Assembly: GCA_951406725.2 (NCBI GenBank)
Contig: OX597827.1
Coordinates: 38,254,001-38,318,000 of the forward strand
Direction of reading: 5' to 3'
Source: Octopus vulgaris
Lineage: Eukaryota
Length of the DNA: 64,000 nt
Shown: in pieces, positions 1-11,845 of the stretch
Numbering within the stretch: the stretch's first letter is position 1
Layout of the letters: every line of letters begins with the position of its first letter
Translations under genes and position numbers: made by a program
The notes under the pieces: model-generated
Seen by the model: the letters and a program-made list of their open reading frames with translations, nothing else
Database searches by the model: none
What the model was told of the DNA's origin: nothing

Positions 1-19
1 ACATTAATTACCCATACAA

Positions 20-430
20 CTATTACAAGTACTACTACCACAGCAGTTACTGTTACCTATATCATCATCATCAACACTATCACCATCACCACCACCTCTA
101 CACAGCACCATCATTAACACAGACACTACCACCTATACACATCCTTACACAGACACTACACTATACTAATGCTAAAGAGCCACTTCCTTAGCAGTATTAC
201 CACTTATCACTACCGCCACCACAACCAACACAATTGTCACTACAACAACTGTCAAAATTAATGCATTTCACACTACTACAACCGCCACCACCACCACTAC
301 CATTACCACCACCACCATCACCACCACCACCACCACTGCCAATATCACCATCATCATTACCACCACCACCATCACTGCCACCACCACTACCACCTCTACT
401 ACACTTCATACTACCACCAACACTCCTCAC
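20..430. repeat. Low-complexity (CAC/CAT/ACT)n trinucleotide region
   Basis: Runs of accaccacc/catcatc/actact; explains the poly-Pro and poly-Gly pseudo-ORFs. Confidence 0.9.
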
Positions 431-984
431 TTCTAGTGATTATTATATGTTACTCTATTTGTGAGAGCTAAGATGGTCAAGCTTAATAAGAGAGTGGACA
501 GCCATCCAAAAATTTAGTTATCCATCTTCTTGTGTCTGTGTTTTATGTTGTTTATTGTAACTTTTATTTGTTTCACTTATCAGACTGTGGTAATGCTGGG
601 GCATCACCTTGAAGAACTTTTAATTGAATCAATTGACCCCAAAGTACTATTTTTTTAAAGCCAGGTACTTATTCTATCGATAACTTTTTGCCAAACTGCT
701 AAGTTATGGGCATGTAAACAAATTAACAACGAAATCTACTGAAGCAAGTTTTTTTTAATCCCTGTACACAAGAGTTATCTCCCTTACAACCATCCTAATC
801 CCTGTTGTTTTGACTTCTCTCAATAATCTTACACATTCTCAACGTCTTCATTATTATATCGTTGCTAGTTTCACTACTTTAACCGTATATTTCCCTGTCA
901 GTTTGTCATTTTCCATATTTACACCCCCAGAACCCACTGCCCAAACTGAATTAAAATTTTTCGAAGCGGGGGAAAATATATTTT

Positions 985-1105
985 CTACTCTAGGCGCAGG
1001 GCCCGAAATTTTGGTGGGAGGAGGCCAGTCGATTAGATCGACCCTAGTACGCAACTGGTACCTAATTTATCGACCCCAAAATGATGAAAATCAAATTCGA
1101 CCTTA
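985..1105 (-). mobile_element. Nin-domain-like SINE, 3' part
   Basis: ctggtacctaatttatcgaccccaaaatgatgaaaatcaaattcgacc is the reverse complement of the gtcgactttgcctttcatcctttcggggtcgataaaataagtaccag core seen at 62.8-63.4 kb. Confidence 0.8.
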
Positions 1106-1109
1106 ACGG

Positions 1110-1470
1110 GCCAGTCAGGCGGTTCTGGCAGAGACAATGCTCAAAATGTAATTTTTAAGTGCTACCTGCACAGGATCCAGTCTGGCAGCACTGGCAACGA
1201 CCACGCTCGAATGTTGTTTATCACATGCCACTGGCACATGTGCCAGTAAGGTGACGCTGGCAGCAATCATGCTTGAATGGTACCTTTTTACGTGCCACCG
1301 GCATGGGAGTCAATCAGTGGCCCTGGCAATGATCATGCATCGATGGTGCTTTTAACGTTCCACTGGCACTTGTGCCAATCAGGCATTACTGTCATCAGCC
1401 ACATCAGCAATTTTGATTTTGATTTCACTTGCCTCAACAGGTCTTCGCTAGCAAAGTTTATTGTCCAACG
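1110..1470 (-). mobile_element. RTE LINE 3' UTR fragment
   Basis: Reverse complement resembles 59645-59860 and 56540-57130 (ggtggcacgtaaaaag units). Confidence 0.7.
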
Positions 1471-1589
1471 AAAGACCAGATAGCGATGTTGAACCAGATA
1501 ACAGAATGAATCTATGTCTCCAAGATCTCAGAATGGGAAAAAGTGGAACAAATACAAGGTTTTCTTGATTGATGTTCTAGGAATTCTGC

Positions 1590-1790
1590 TATTCTACTGT
1601 CCACGAATGGTACATTATTTAAAGCAGTTTTATTTCAAGCATGAGGTGTTTAGGGTGACATGTGGACAACATCTGTAAGTGTTTGAGAGTTTAAGGAGGA
1701 GTCAAGAGTGCTTATAATCTGTATAGGAACATGTCTTATTAGAAATAACATCATACAGATCATCAGTGTACAGAAGAAAGTGTCATCATC
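1590..1790 (-). pseudogene. Very decayed CR1/Jockey-like LINE RT fragment
   Basis: Minus strand reads HFLLYTDDLYDVISNKTCSYTD, resembling LFLLYINDL...SYADD. Confidence 0.35.
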
Positions 1791-2497
1791 ATAGTCATCT
1801 ACATCATTGTTTTACCGTCCATTTTTCCATGCTTGCATTGGTAAGATGGAATTTGTTGAGGCAGATTTTCTAAGGTTGGATACCCTTGCTGTCACCAACA
1901 ATTGCCTGTTTCTAAACAATTTAATATTTCTCCACAGCCAGATATGCTTTCACAGAAGCTTGGAAACAAAAGACACACATCTGCAGCTATCACATGAAGT
2001 CAAGACAACTAGACAGTAACACACACACACACACACACACACGTACATACACAAGTATATACAACAGGCTCCTTTGAGTCTCTGTCTATTGAATCCACTC
2101 AGAAGAATTAGCTTGACCCAAAACTATAGCAGAAGACATTTGCTCAAGGTACCATGCGGTGGTACTAAATTTGAAATCACGTGATTTGGATGCCCCCATG
2201 CTTGTTGGAAACATGACAGAATTTTGAGGCACACCTGATAGAATGTTGGCTGGAGAAAGTCCATTAACACACACTACAAATGCTAAGTCAAACAGAAAGC
2301 TTCCAATCTAAGAAATGATAAATAGATAGATAGATAGAGAGAGAGAGAAAGAGAGAGAGTGCATGTATGCACGAGCTTGATGGTTGTATAGATAGATAGA
2401 TTGATAGAAAGTGAGTGTGTGTGTGTGCGTGAGCTTGATGGTTATATAAACAGACAGGCAGACAAACAGACAGACAGACAGATAGATAGACAGACAG

Positions 2498-2534
<37 letters not shown>

Positions 2535-2782
2535 AAGACAGGCAGACATACCAAAGCATGTCTAAATGACTGAACACAGAAAATAAAAATAAAAGAGATA
2601 CATTCACACTCACATGCATATATATATGTATATTTGTATGCACATCATCACCATCGTTTAACGTCCATTGTCCATGCTGGCATGGGCTGGCATGCTGGAA
2701 GGCTGCACCAGACTCCAATCTGATTTGGCAAGATTTCTACAGCTGGATGTCCTTCCTAATGCCAACCACTCCGAGAGTATAG

Positions 2783-3542
2783 ATTAGTAGTGGGAGAGGA
2801 TGCTCTGAGAGCGTGATAGCTAGAATAAGTATAGGATGGAGTAAATTCAGAGAGCTGTTACTCGTTGGCCATGAGGGTTTCTCTCTCCGAGTAAAAGGAA
2901 GATTGTATGATGCATGTATACGAACAGCAATTCTACATGGTAGTGAGATGTGGGCCCTGAATGCAGAGGACATGCAAAGGTTAGAAAGAAATTAGGCTAG
3001 TATGCTCTGTTGGATGAGTAATGTAAGTGTGCATGTTTGACAGAATGCTAGTATTTTGAGAGAGAAGTTAGGCTTAAGAGGAATTGGTTACTGTGTGGAA
3101 GAGAGAAGACTGCACTGGTTTGGTCATGTGATGTGGATGGATACCAACAGCTCCATAAAGAAGTGATGATCTCTCAAAGTAGATGGAGCACATGGAAGTG
3201 GGAGACCCAGGAAGACATGGGATGAAGCATTGAAGAACGAGCTCAAGATGCTGAACCTTTCAGGTGAGATGACAAAGCACTAAGATGCCTGGTGCCTCAA
3301 GAAGACCCATACTCCAGAGTAGAAGTGTTAGACCGAACCCTCTGGTGGTGTAAAGCACTTGAGGTGATGTCACATAACAGCCCCTGTACAGTGCCATGTA
3401 AAAGTACCCAGGGCACTCTAAAGTGACTGGCATTTGGAAGGGCATCTAGCCATAGAAACCATGCCAAATCTGGTCAATCTGTCCAACCTATATCAGCATG
3501 GACAACAGATGTTAAAGGGTGATGATGATGATGATGATGATA
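2783..3542 (+). mobile_element. RTE LINE 3' fragment (decayed ORF end, 3' UTR, (GAT)n tail)
   Basis: ARISIGWSKFRELL..FSLRVKGRLYDACIRTAILHGSEMW..RLHWFGHV..GRPRKTW aligns with the 55274 ORF; has in-frame stops; ends in gatgatgat. Confidence 0.92.
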
Positions 3543-4039
3543 TATCAATGTGTGCATATGTCTTTGTGTTTGTGTTTGTCCTCTACTACCACTTGACAAC
3601 TGGTGTTGGTGTGTTTACATCTCCATAATTTAGCAGTTCAGCAAAAGACACTGATAGAATAAGTACCAGGTGTAACAGAAAAATAAGTACTGGGGTCAAT
3701 TCATTCGATTTAAAGCAAATTGTTTAAGGCAGTGCCCCAGCGTGGTTGCAGTTTAATGACTGAAATGAATCAAAGAAGAAAAGGATCTTGAAATCAGTGA
3801 AAATATAGCACGAGGAAGCTAGGTGAGACATGAGATGTTGTGGCTATTTAACCAGAAGAGAAACCAAGGGTAGAAGGTTTTATGATGCAATGCTCCGTGT
3901 CATCGAAATGGAGAGTTATGGAGTATTGCTAATTAAAAGGAAATTGTACTAAACCAGACTGTCATCGGGGAGAAAATGTTGTGTATCAAACAACACTGGC
4001 TCACTTGTTCTCAATGACATTAAGTAAAAAAGAAAGGGC

Positions 4040-4430
4040 ATGAAAGTGTCACTAGGAGGGGTTGTTAAATGAGAACTAAGGAATAATATGAGTGCAATAG
4101 TAAAAGCCTAATCCAAGTGGAATTGACAGAGGTCTCAGCAATCAAGGTTATCTCAATACAGCTAGTAAGGCCATTAAGGGTATGTAGTCAAGAATAGTTG
4201 CTGTTAAGTTAAAGGTACCAGTCTAAGTAGGTCATATGCTAGTTACTTGCAGGTAGTTAATCAAGTAGTACAGGAAAGCATTTTCCACAAAGACTGGAAT
4301 AACATTATCATTGTGTACTGCTATAAAGGGCATATTAAATGCATTGGTGAGGAATAATTACAGAGGCTTCAAACACAGTTGGGTTTCTAAGTTTTGAAAG
4401 TAAGTGAAAAGAGCCACAGTAAATGTATAG
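4040..4430 (+). pseudogene. Decayed RTE LINE fragment upstream of the RT core
   Basis: 4284-4373 reads PQ-DWNNIIIVYCYKG..NALVRNNYRGFK across frameshifts, matching the IPxDW..IVPIYKGKG...NYRGI motif. Confidence 0.65.
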
Positions 4431-4589
4431 TGCAAGACTGTTATTGACTTTTATCAAAACAAAATTGTATCACACATATCGCACGCGTGCACACACACAC
4501 ACACACCATATGTGTGAGTGCGATGAAATTTATAATATATACAATATATATCATGATATATATAATATATATATATACATGTATAAAAA

Positions 4590-4805
4590 TAGTTAATCCA
4601 AACAAGAAAGCACAAAAAACACAACAACGCGAGGACGTGGAACAAATATAGTATTATTGGACGCTCAGGAAAGAAGGAAAGAAGGATGGTTTAACATTTT
4701 GAGAGGAGCTCTTTGTTGGAAACATAGGAGAAGGAAAGATCCAGAGAAGGGAAGACAGAGGAAAAAAAATCGCCAACGGTACACATGAGGTCACATTTTG
4801 AAAAA
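4590..4805 (-). mobile_element. Penelope-like terminal repeat fragment (family H2) with decayed hammerhead
   Basis: Same sequence family as 40910-41105 and 47571-47665; minus strand 4689-4723 reads GTTT CCAACAA A GAGC TCC TCTC AAAA TGT T AAAC; TA-rich flanks. Confidence 0.6.
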
Positions 4806-4818
4806 TATATATCATCGT

Positions 4819-5250
4819 GGAGGCACAATGGCCCAGTAGTTAGGGCAGTGGACTCGCGGTCATAGGATCGTGGTTTCAATTCCCAGACCGGGCATTGTGA
4901 GTGTTTATTGAGCAAAAACACTTAAAGCTCCACGAGTCTCTGGGTGGTGGTGAACCCTGCTGTACTCTTTCACCACAACTTTCTGTCACACTTTCTTCCT
5001 GTTTCTGTTAAGGGTACACGTGTCTGTGAAATGCTCAGCCACTTGCACGTTAATAAATGAGCTGCGATGTCACTAGTGTCAAGCTGTATCGGCCTTTGCC
5101 TTTCCCTTGGATAACATTGGTGGCGTGGAGAGGGGAGGCTGGTATGCATGGCCGACTGCTGGTCTTCCAAAATCAACCTTGCCCAGACTTGTGCCTCGGA
5201 GGGTAACTTTCTAGGTGCAATCCCATGGTCATTCATGACCGAAGGGGGTC
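4819..5250 (+). mobile_element. tRNA-derived SINE (Meta/V-domain-like family)
   Basis: A-box tggcccagtagtt, B-box ggtttcaattccc, then gtgtttattgagcaaaaacactt; body shared with 31232-31517 and 63880-64000. Confidence 0.85.
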
Positions 5251-5264
5251 ACAATATATATCAT

Positions 5265-5563
5265 CATCATCATCGTTTAACATCCGTTGTCCATGCTGGA
5301 ATGGGTTGAATGGGTTTGATTGGGCTGGCATGCTGGAAGGATGCACCAAGCTCCAGTTTGATTTGGCATGATTTTCTACGGCTGAATGCTTTTCCTAACA
5401 CCAACCACTCTGAGAGTGTAATGGGTGTTTTTGTGTGCCATTTGCGTGACACCAGTATCTGCCACAACTGCGATTTTACTCGGATTGATGAGACTTCTTC
5501 TCAAGTATGACATAATGCCAAAGGTCTTGGTCATTGCCTCCGTAAGGCCCAACACTCGAAAGG
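5265..5563 (-). mobile_element. RTE LINE 3' end
   Basis: FRVLGLTEAMTK matches LRTLGLTEEMTS of the 55274 ORF; followed by the 3' UTR and (GAT)n tail on the minus strand. Confidence 0.85.
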
Positions 5564-5582
5564 AAATTGGCCACTTTGCCCC

Positions 5583-5844
5583 CATGGGAGTTCCATTTGG
5601 GACAAAAGGAAAACGACAAAATTATCCAATCATATATGGTCATTAAAAGATAAAGGTGTCAGTTACAACATCCATTGGAAGATTTTAGCCAAATGTAAAC
5701 CTTACACCTGGAAAGTATGGTCTATGCGACATGGAAAGATGGCTCATCTGGAAAAGCAGCTTAGACCCCACTACAAGTCTGAACTCAAGGACAGAACTTT
5801 TCAGATCATGCCCACACGTGGCCAAGTTTTTGTTACGTTTTTGA
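5583..5844 (+). pseudogene. Penelope-like element GIY-YIG endonuclease C-terminus (frameshifted)
   Basis: HGSSIWDKRKTTKLSNHIWSLKDKGVSYNIHWKILAKCKPY, then a frameshift to YGLCDMERWLIWKSSLDPTTSLNSRTELFRSCPHVAKFLL*; matches the PLE pattern TxLSxHIWxLK..W.IL...PY...CxLCxxE...LNxRxEL...CxHxxKF. Confidence 0.88.
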
Positions 5845-6692
5845 TCCCCCCAAGACTACAGATAGAACTTGCTTTCTATATTGTGTCCATGCACAAGTTT
5901 TTTTTTATCTCATTATACCTTTTACTTTTATTTTATTTATATTTTTTATACATATATTTCTTACATATTATAGAGAATTTTGTTTATAGATATAGTTTTT
6001 TACACATAATTTTTTCTGTACTCTACCTTCCACCCTGCATTTTTCCCTGTGCCTATATAGACGTGTATATGGAATCCTTTGTGTGCACGTGTGGATGTGT
6101 GCGGGTATGTGTATATATAGATGTGTGCATGTGTGTGTTCATGCGAGTACGTGTGTATATAGACGTATTTTACTCAGTGTTTTTACACATTTTCCTGTAT
6201 TTTTTCTTTTAGACGTATGTATAATCCTTTTTGTGCATGCGTGTGTGTGTGCAGGTATGTGCATATATGGGCGTGTGTGTGTGTGTGCATGCATAAGGGT
6301 ATGTGAATATATAAACGTGGTTTACACTTTGTATACTTCCTTATGCCTTTTTTCTGTATTGTTACTCTTAACCCTGTTTTTTCTTGTGCTTGTGCGTATG
6401 TATGAACTTTTACGGTGTGTGTGTGTGGTGGGGTTTTATGTATATGCATATACATTTGGCAAAGGATGTGAGTGAAGATGTGTACGTTTTTCTAGTGAGG
6501 GTGGATGAATATATGCGTACGCACGTGGGTGTGTGGGCGCACATATGTAGGTATGAACAGGCACACTTACGCGAATACTATGAACTTTTTACCCCCTTAC
6601 CTTAATTAGCGGTCATTCGAATAGCTCTTTTGTCTTATTAACACAGTAATTTCCCTTCGTGTAACGGTCATTTTTCATAGTGTTTATCCGAT

Positions 6693-6764
6693 GGCCAGAT
6701 AACTGAAGAGATGGTGGCGTTGATTTTCGCCTCGGCATCCGAAACTCAGAGTTTTATCTTGGCT
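6693..6764 (+). ncRNA. Type I hammerhead ribozyme (Penelope-associated)
   Basis: Stem I GCCAGATAA/TTATCT(T)GGC; core CTGAAGA (6703-6709); stem II GATG..GGCG/CGCC..CATC; GAAA (6741-6744); near-palindromic stem III ACTC-A-GAGT; cleavage triplet GUU. Confidence 0.8.
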
Positions 6765-6883
6765 ACCGAATAATTGTTACATATTACATTTACAGATAAA
6801 TTCCTCTATTTACATAATACCGAGGTCTCATACTTTCTTTTGTTATCTTACTGTTTTTATCAATATATATATATTTATATAGA

Positions 6884-6919
<36 letters not shown>

Positions 6920-6950
6920 TAGATTGACAGATAGATAGATAGGCAGATAA

Positions 6951-6999
<49 letters not shown>

Positions 7000-7826
7000 C
7001 AGATACATACATACATACATACATACATGCATGCATACATACATACATGCATACATACATACAGCTGAATATATTCAGAAGATAAACACATATGTATACC
7101 TATGTAGATATTCATATATATACATATATATAAATTTACATTGAGCATGAATAATACAGTTTACTAAGGAGAGAATGCATATTTTTTTAACTTGACAGCT
7201 GTTTCTAGAAGTTCAGAATTACATAATGATCATAATATTCATAATTAGCAGATGGAATGTGCAAGAAGTCATGGATAAGTAACCAGATATTAACATATCT
7301 TCTTTCATCCAGTCTTACCTTATGTGGAAACAGATGAGGTGAGGGTTGACAGCAGGAAGGGCATCCAGATGTACAAAACACTCCTTATCAAATCCTGTCT
7401 GAACCATGCAAGCATGGAAACTTGGACATTAAAACTTATTTCTGCAAATGTGCTAAGCACTGATGCTGATTATAGTTTAGTTAGTAAGCATAGGAGTGAA
7501 GTAAAAGCAGTAAAAATGGGGGCGTCAGTGGGGCCCCATTTAAGTGGCCCTTCAAAAATTGAACCTCCTTATGATACTCTCTTGGAATTCATGGTATGAA
7601 ATTCATTGTCATTGCTCCGATTTGGTTGCCAATGCAATGTATTTAGTTTAAAATGCAGTAACAATAGGGGTATCAGTGAGGATCCAATTAGGCAGCCCTT
7701 AAAAAAATGTCCTTAGGACATTCCCTGAGATTAGGGGAGTTGCTGGTTTGAGTTTTGTTGTTCTTGCATCAATAGTCTAGGAGATGGTTAATGAACATAA
7801 AAACATCTATCAAATTTATAATAGGA

Positions 7827-8221
7827 CTAGCAGTATCGCCCGGCGTTGCTCGGGTTTGTAAGGGAAATAATTATATAAGCATTTTTAGAGATGTAAAGTA
7901 TAATAGCCATCTCAATATGGCTAACCACAAAGGGGGAGGGGTGTTACTGTAGCTTTTTACGTTCTGAGATTTAATAATAAATTTTAGAGAGTTACTTCCC
8001 TTATATATGTCAAAAATGGATTAAAAATGGGAAAAATTGATGGTAAATTTTTTTTTAAATCGTAGACTCATCGTAGACACGCGCTAATACCCAGACGGTC
8101 TCGATATGAATCACGACTATAAGATACCCGCTTTTGGTTAAACTGCACCGCAAAATGTGGGAGTAGTTAGGAATCTAAATCGTAGGAGACAGACACACAA
8201 CCTCACTTTTATATATAAAGA
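7827..8221 (-). mobile_element. Non-autonomous Helitron
   Basis: Minus strand A|TC start, subterminal hairpin CCCGAGCAACGCCGGG, CTAG|T end; same 3' end as the 27777 and 44768 copies. Confidence 0.85.
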
Positions 8222-8387
8222 TTTCCTCTATTTACATAATATTGAGGTCTCTTTCTTTCTTTTGTTATCTTACTGTTTTTACCAATATACATATATATAT
8301 ATATATATATAAATATATATATAGTTACAGAGATGTACTTGCATAGCAAGTGACTTGATCTGAGATCGTGTGCTGGAACGAAAACAG

Positions 8388-8646
8388 TTGCAGCGTAGAA
8401 GGTGTTTATAAGCCATTTAAGAAACACACAAAAAGCGTTAGATTCACTTCAACATTTAAATTTAATTTGTCAAAATATTTTCGTCGCTTTGAGACCGCGA
8501 CCTGTTAGCACAATATTTTTGTCAGTGAACAGGTCGCGGTCTGAAAGCGACGAAAATATTTTGGCAAATTAAATTTAAATGTTGAAGTGAATGTAACGGT
8601 TTTTGTGTGTTTCTTAAATGGCTTAGAAACACCTTCCACGCTGCAA
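8388..8646. repeat. Long inverted repeat (~119-bp arms, 21-nt spacer), probably inverted Penelope-type pLTRs
   Basis: 8388-8506 is the near-perfect reverse complement of 8528-8646; TA-rich flanks. Confidence 0.92.
8518..8568 (+). ncRNA. Variant hammerhead ribozyme candidate (G3:C8 core)
   Basis: TTTGTCA GTGAACA G GTCGC GGTCTGAAA GCGAC GAAA ATAT T T TGGCAAA: all three stems can be drawn around a GUGAACA core. Confidence 0.55.
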
Positions 8647-8666
8647 TATATATATACACACATATA

Positions 8667-8701
<35 letters not shown>

Positions 8702-9849
8702 GTGTATATGTGTATGCCTGTATGTGTGTGTGTGTGCGTGTCTGTGCTTGTGATTGTCCTCCACCACTGCTTGACAACGAATGTTGGTTTGTTTACACCC
8801 CTGTCACCTAGTGGTTTGACAAAGGAAACAGATAGAATAAGTACAATGCTTACAAAAATAAAACTGGAGTTGATTCATTAAACTACAATTCTTCAAGGCA
8901 TTGCCCCAGCATGGCCACATGGCTGGAAAAAGCAGAAGAATAAAAGAATACATTCTCTGCTTTGGTCTTATGTTCACCCTCACACACACACACATGCGCA
9001 CACACACACACACACTCACACACACGCACGTTAGCTTACAATTTTATTTATATATTTGCGTGTGTATGTGTGGAAAGAGGAAGTGGGAGGCAGAGTGAAA
9101 GAATCACTCACTACAGTAAGTGAATTACTTTCGTTTTATTCGTTGCCCACTGTGTGTGTGCGTTTGCGTGTGGTGTAAACCAGACTAAGAAAAGCATTTG
9201 ACACACACACCAGAATGTGAGTTTTCTGTAAATTTTGCTTAATTGGAGTTTAAATTTTAAAAACTGGACCTGGCATGACGCGATGCATTGTACTCTTAAA
9301 ACTGCTAGGTAAATTGTAATTGAAGAAATCCTATATTGTAGATTTGTATAACTCCCAAAGGGAGGCAGATAAAATCTGCCTTTTATAATAAGAGATATCT
9401 TCATTATCATCATCATCATTTAACATGTTTTCCATGCAGACATGAGTTGGATGGTTTGACAGAAGCTGGCAAGGCCAGGGGCCACACCAGGTACCATTTT
9501 ATGCTCTGACATGGCTTCTATGCCTAGATGCACTTCCTAATGCCAACCACTTCATAGAGTGTACTGGGTGCTTTTTACATGGCACCATTTCCCATGCTTT
9601 TTAAGTGGCACCATCACCAGTGTTTTTTATGCGGCACCAGTACCAGTGCTTTTTACATAGCACTAGCACCAGTATCAATTCTGTCTAACCACATGTCTTA
9701 ACAGCAAGAAACTATTGTGTGGCTAAGAAGCTTGCTTCCCAACCAAGGAAAATCTATCTGAATGAATTCCATCTGACCCATCCAAGCATGGTAAAATGGA
9801 TGGTAAACAATGATGATGATGATAACGAAGATGATGATGTATGTATCAT

Positions 9850-10800
9850 ATAATGCAATTTAGGTTTGTACAAAGATGCTGGAAAGATAGCCACCACATT
9901 TTGAGTGAGATAAAAACAGGAGACAGTGAAACACAAACCATATTTCTTGGCATTGATTAACTTAGTGAAGGCTTTTCACAAAATCCTATGCTTTGTAGTC
10001 AGTCTGTCGGTGCCGATAAAACTATGTGTAAATGAGTGGCTTGGGGAAGGAGTTTAAGTGAAGTTCAAGAGCAGAAAACAGTAAATTCGGAGAACGATAT
10101 TGAATGCAAATAAGATGTCCAGCAGGGCTCTGTTCTCAGCCTCCTTGTATTCATTTGTAATAACTGAAGCAACACCATAGAAACTCTTAAATGACAGTCA
10201 CCTGATTCTCATAGCAGAATCTGCCTAAAGACTGCACAGAAGAAAAATTCAAAGACATGCGAGATGTCAATAGAAGCACCCAATGAAATGAAGGCCATGT
10301 ACTGATCAGATGGTTTACAAGAATTAGGAGGTAGTTTCTGTTACCTAGGTGATCTAATTAGTAACAGAAGAAGTGTGTATGTGTGTGTGATATATATAAT
10401 ATATAATGGGTCTAATGAAAATGTATAATAGCTTGAGTAAAAACAAAAAGTAGAAGCATGTTAAGAATTTCAGGAAGCTTGTTACCTCTTTTGAAATCAA
10501 AGGGTTTTTATTTATTTATTTGTGATTTTTTTTAAAAATGAAAATGTTAAGATTGTATGAAGAATATTATAAGAAGTAAGATGTTGCATGTTAATGAGAA
10601 ATAGGTACTGAATGTAGAAAATCTGTAAGAAGTATGGATTTAAAAGGGAATATACAGATTTTAAAAGGAAATATTACAAGTGAGCTGACAGTAGTTATAA
10701 ACATCAAAAACATTAGACTATGTGTGTGTGTGCAAGAGAGACAGCTGGGAATGATATCTTGTGAATGAACAATACCTGCTGGGGGGAAATAATGTTTTGG
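9850..10800 (+). pseudogene. Heavily decayed RTE LINE RT
   Basis: KHKPYFLALINLVKAFHKI, QQGSVLSLLVF and SFCYLGDLIS are collinear with the 55274 ORF; many stops and indels. Confidence 0.75.
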
Positions 10801-11631
10801 ACGACTGTCAGTTGTGGATGATACCCCTTTATCTCCAAAGCTGAGGAAGACTGAATAAGACTGTTGGAGGTGGGGTGACGGTAGTGGGGAGATGGTGGTG
10901 AGACTGGATTTCTGGATCATGGAGTATCAGTGAACATAGAGCATTGATAATATGCTGTGCAGCAGAACCCTTCAATCCAAATTAAAATACCTTGTACATT
11001 TTTCTTTTACTTGTTTCAGTCATTTGACTGTGGCCATGCTGGGGCTTTGGCAGAACAAATTGATCCCTGTACACACATTTTAGGCTTGATTCTTATTCTG
11101 CCACTCTCTTTTGCTGAATTGTTAAATTATGGGTATGTCAGGTAATAGAGGGAAAAATACAAATCCAAACACACATAAATACACATCTATCTATCTATTT
11201 GTCTGTCTGTCTATATATTAATATCTATATCTATGCGTGTGTGTGTGTGTGGGGGGGGGTGAGCAGCCCCAGGGTTGAAACATAAAAGAATAAAAGAACA
11301 TACGACAGGCTTCTTTCAGTTTCCATCTACCAAATCCAATCACAAGGCTTTGGTCAGCCTGGGGCTATGATACAAGACACTTTCGCAAGATGCCAATCAG
11401 TGGGACTGAATCCAGAACTACGTGGTTGGGAAGCAAACTTCTTACCACACAGCCACGTCTGCATCCCTTATATTTATGATGACGACGACGACGATGTCAA
11501 TGATTGTTATGCTCAGTCAAATTCAACAATGTTTTCCATTAGTAATAGCAAAAACACAAACTAAAGATCATTTCTTACTGTCACTACATGTGTGTGTGAG
11601 TGTGTGTGTGTATGCATAGATGTATGTATGA

Positions 11632-11692
<61 letters not shown>

Positions 11693-11693
<1 letters not shown>

Positions 11694-11845
11694 TGCAGTA
11701 AACACATAAATGTGAAACAAGGTGGAAAAAAGAGTACTCAAATACCAGTGGTAGAGTAATATGCTTTATTTAAAGCAGCAGAAAATTCAACAAAACCTGT
11801 TACTCTGAGTTTCACATTCCCGTTCGTCGAACAGGTTTTGCTAAA
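11693..11845 (-). mobile_element. Penelope-like terminal fragment (family H3) inside a (TA)n tract
   Basis: ~150 bp between TA tracts, containing a hammerhead fold; related fragment in the opposite orientation at 40080-40145. Confidence 0.6.
11791..11840 (-). ncRNA. Minimal type I hammerhead ribozyme candidate
   Basis: Minus strand CAAAACCTGT TCGACGA ACG GGAA TGT GAAA CTC A GAG T A ACAGGTTTTG: perfect 10-bp stem I, GAAA, palindromic stem III, GUA site; core reads UCGACGA instead of CUGANGA. Confidence 0.7.

Larger units (their letters stand above)
5565..6870 (+). mobile_element. 5'-truncated Penelope-like retroelement (EN end, 3' UTR, pLTR with hammerhead)
   Basis: GIY-YIG relic followed by a UTR with a hammerhead at 6693-6764; terminus 6800-6870 recurs at 8222-8290; ends in a TA/GATA microsatellite. 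Confidence 0.8.

Noticed and set aside
197-464. Poly-Pro/poly-Gly ORFs resembling formin or extensin, also at 43954-44389
   Set aside because: Trinucleotide low-complexity DNA with no flanking domain or splice support.
4819-4895. tRNA-like sequence
   Set aside because: It continues into a repeated SINE body, so it is a SINE head rather than a tRNA gene; the same applies to the other A/B-box hits.
9060-9230. Donor-like GTAAGT (9116) and GTGAGT (~9217) sites
   Set aside because: No matching acceptor or reading frame; expected by chance.
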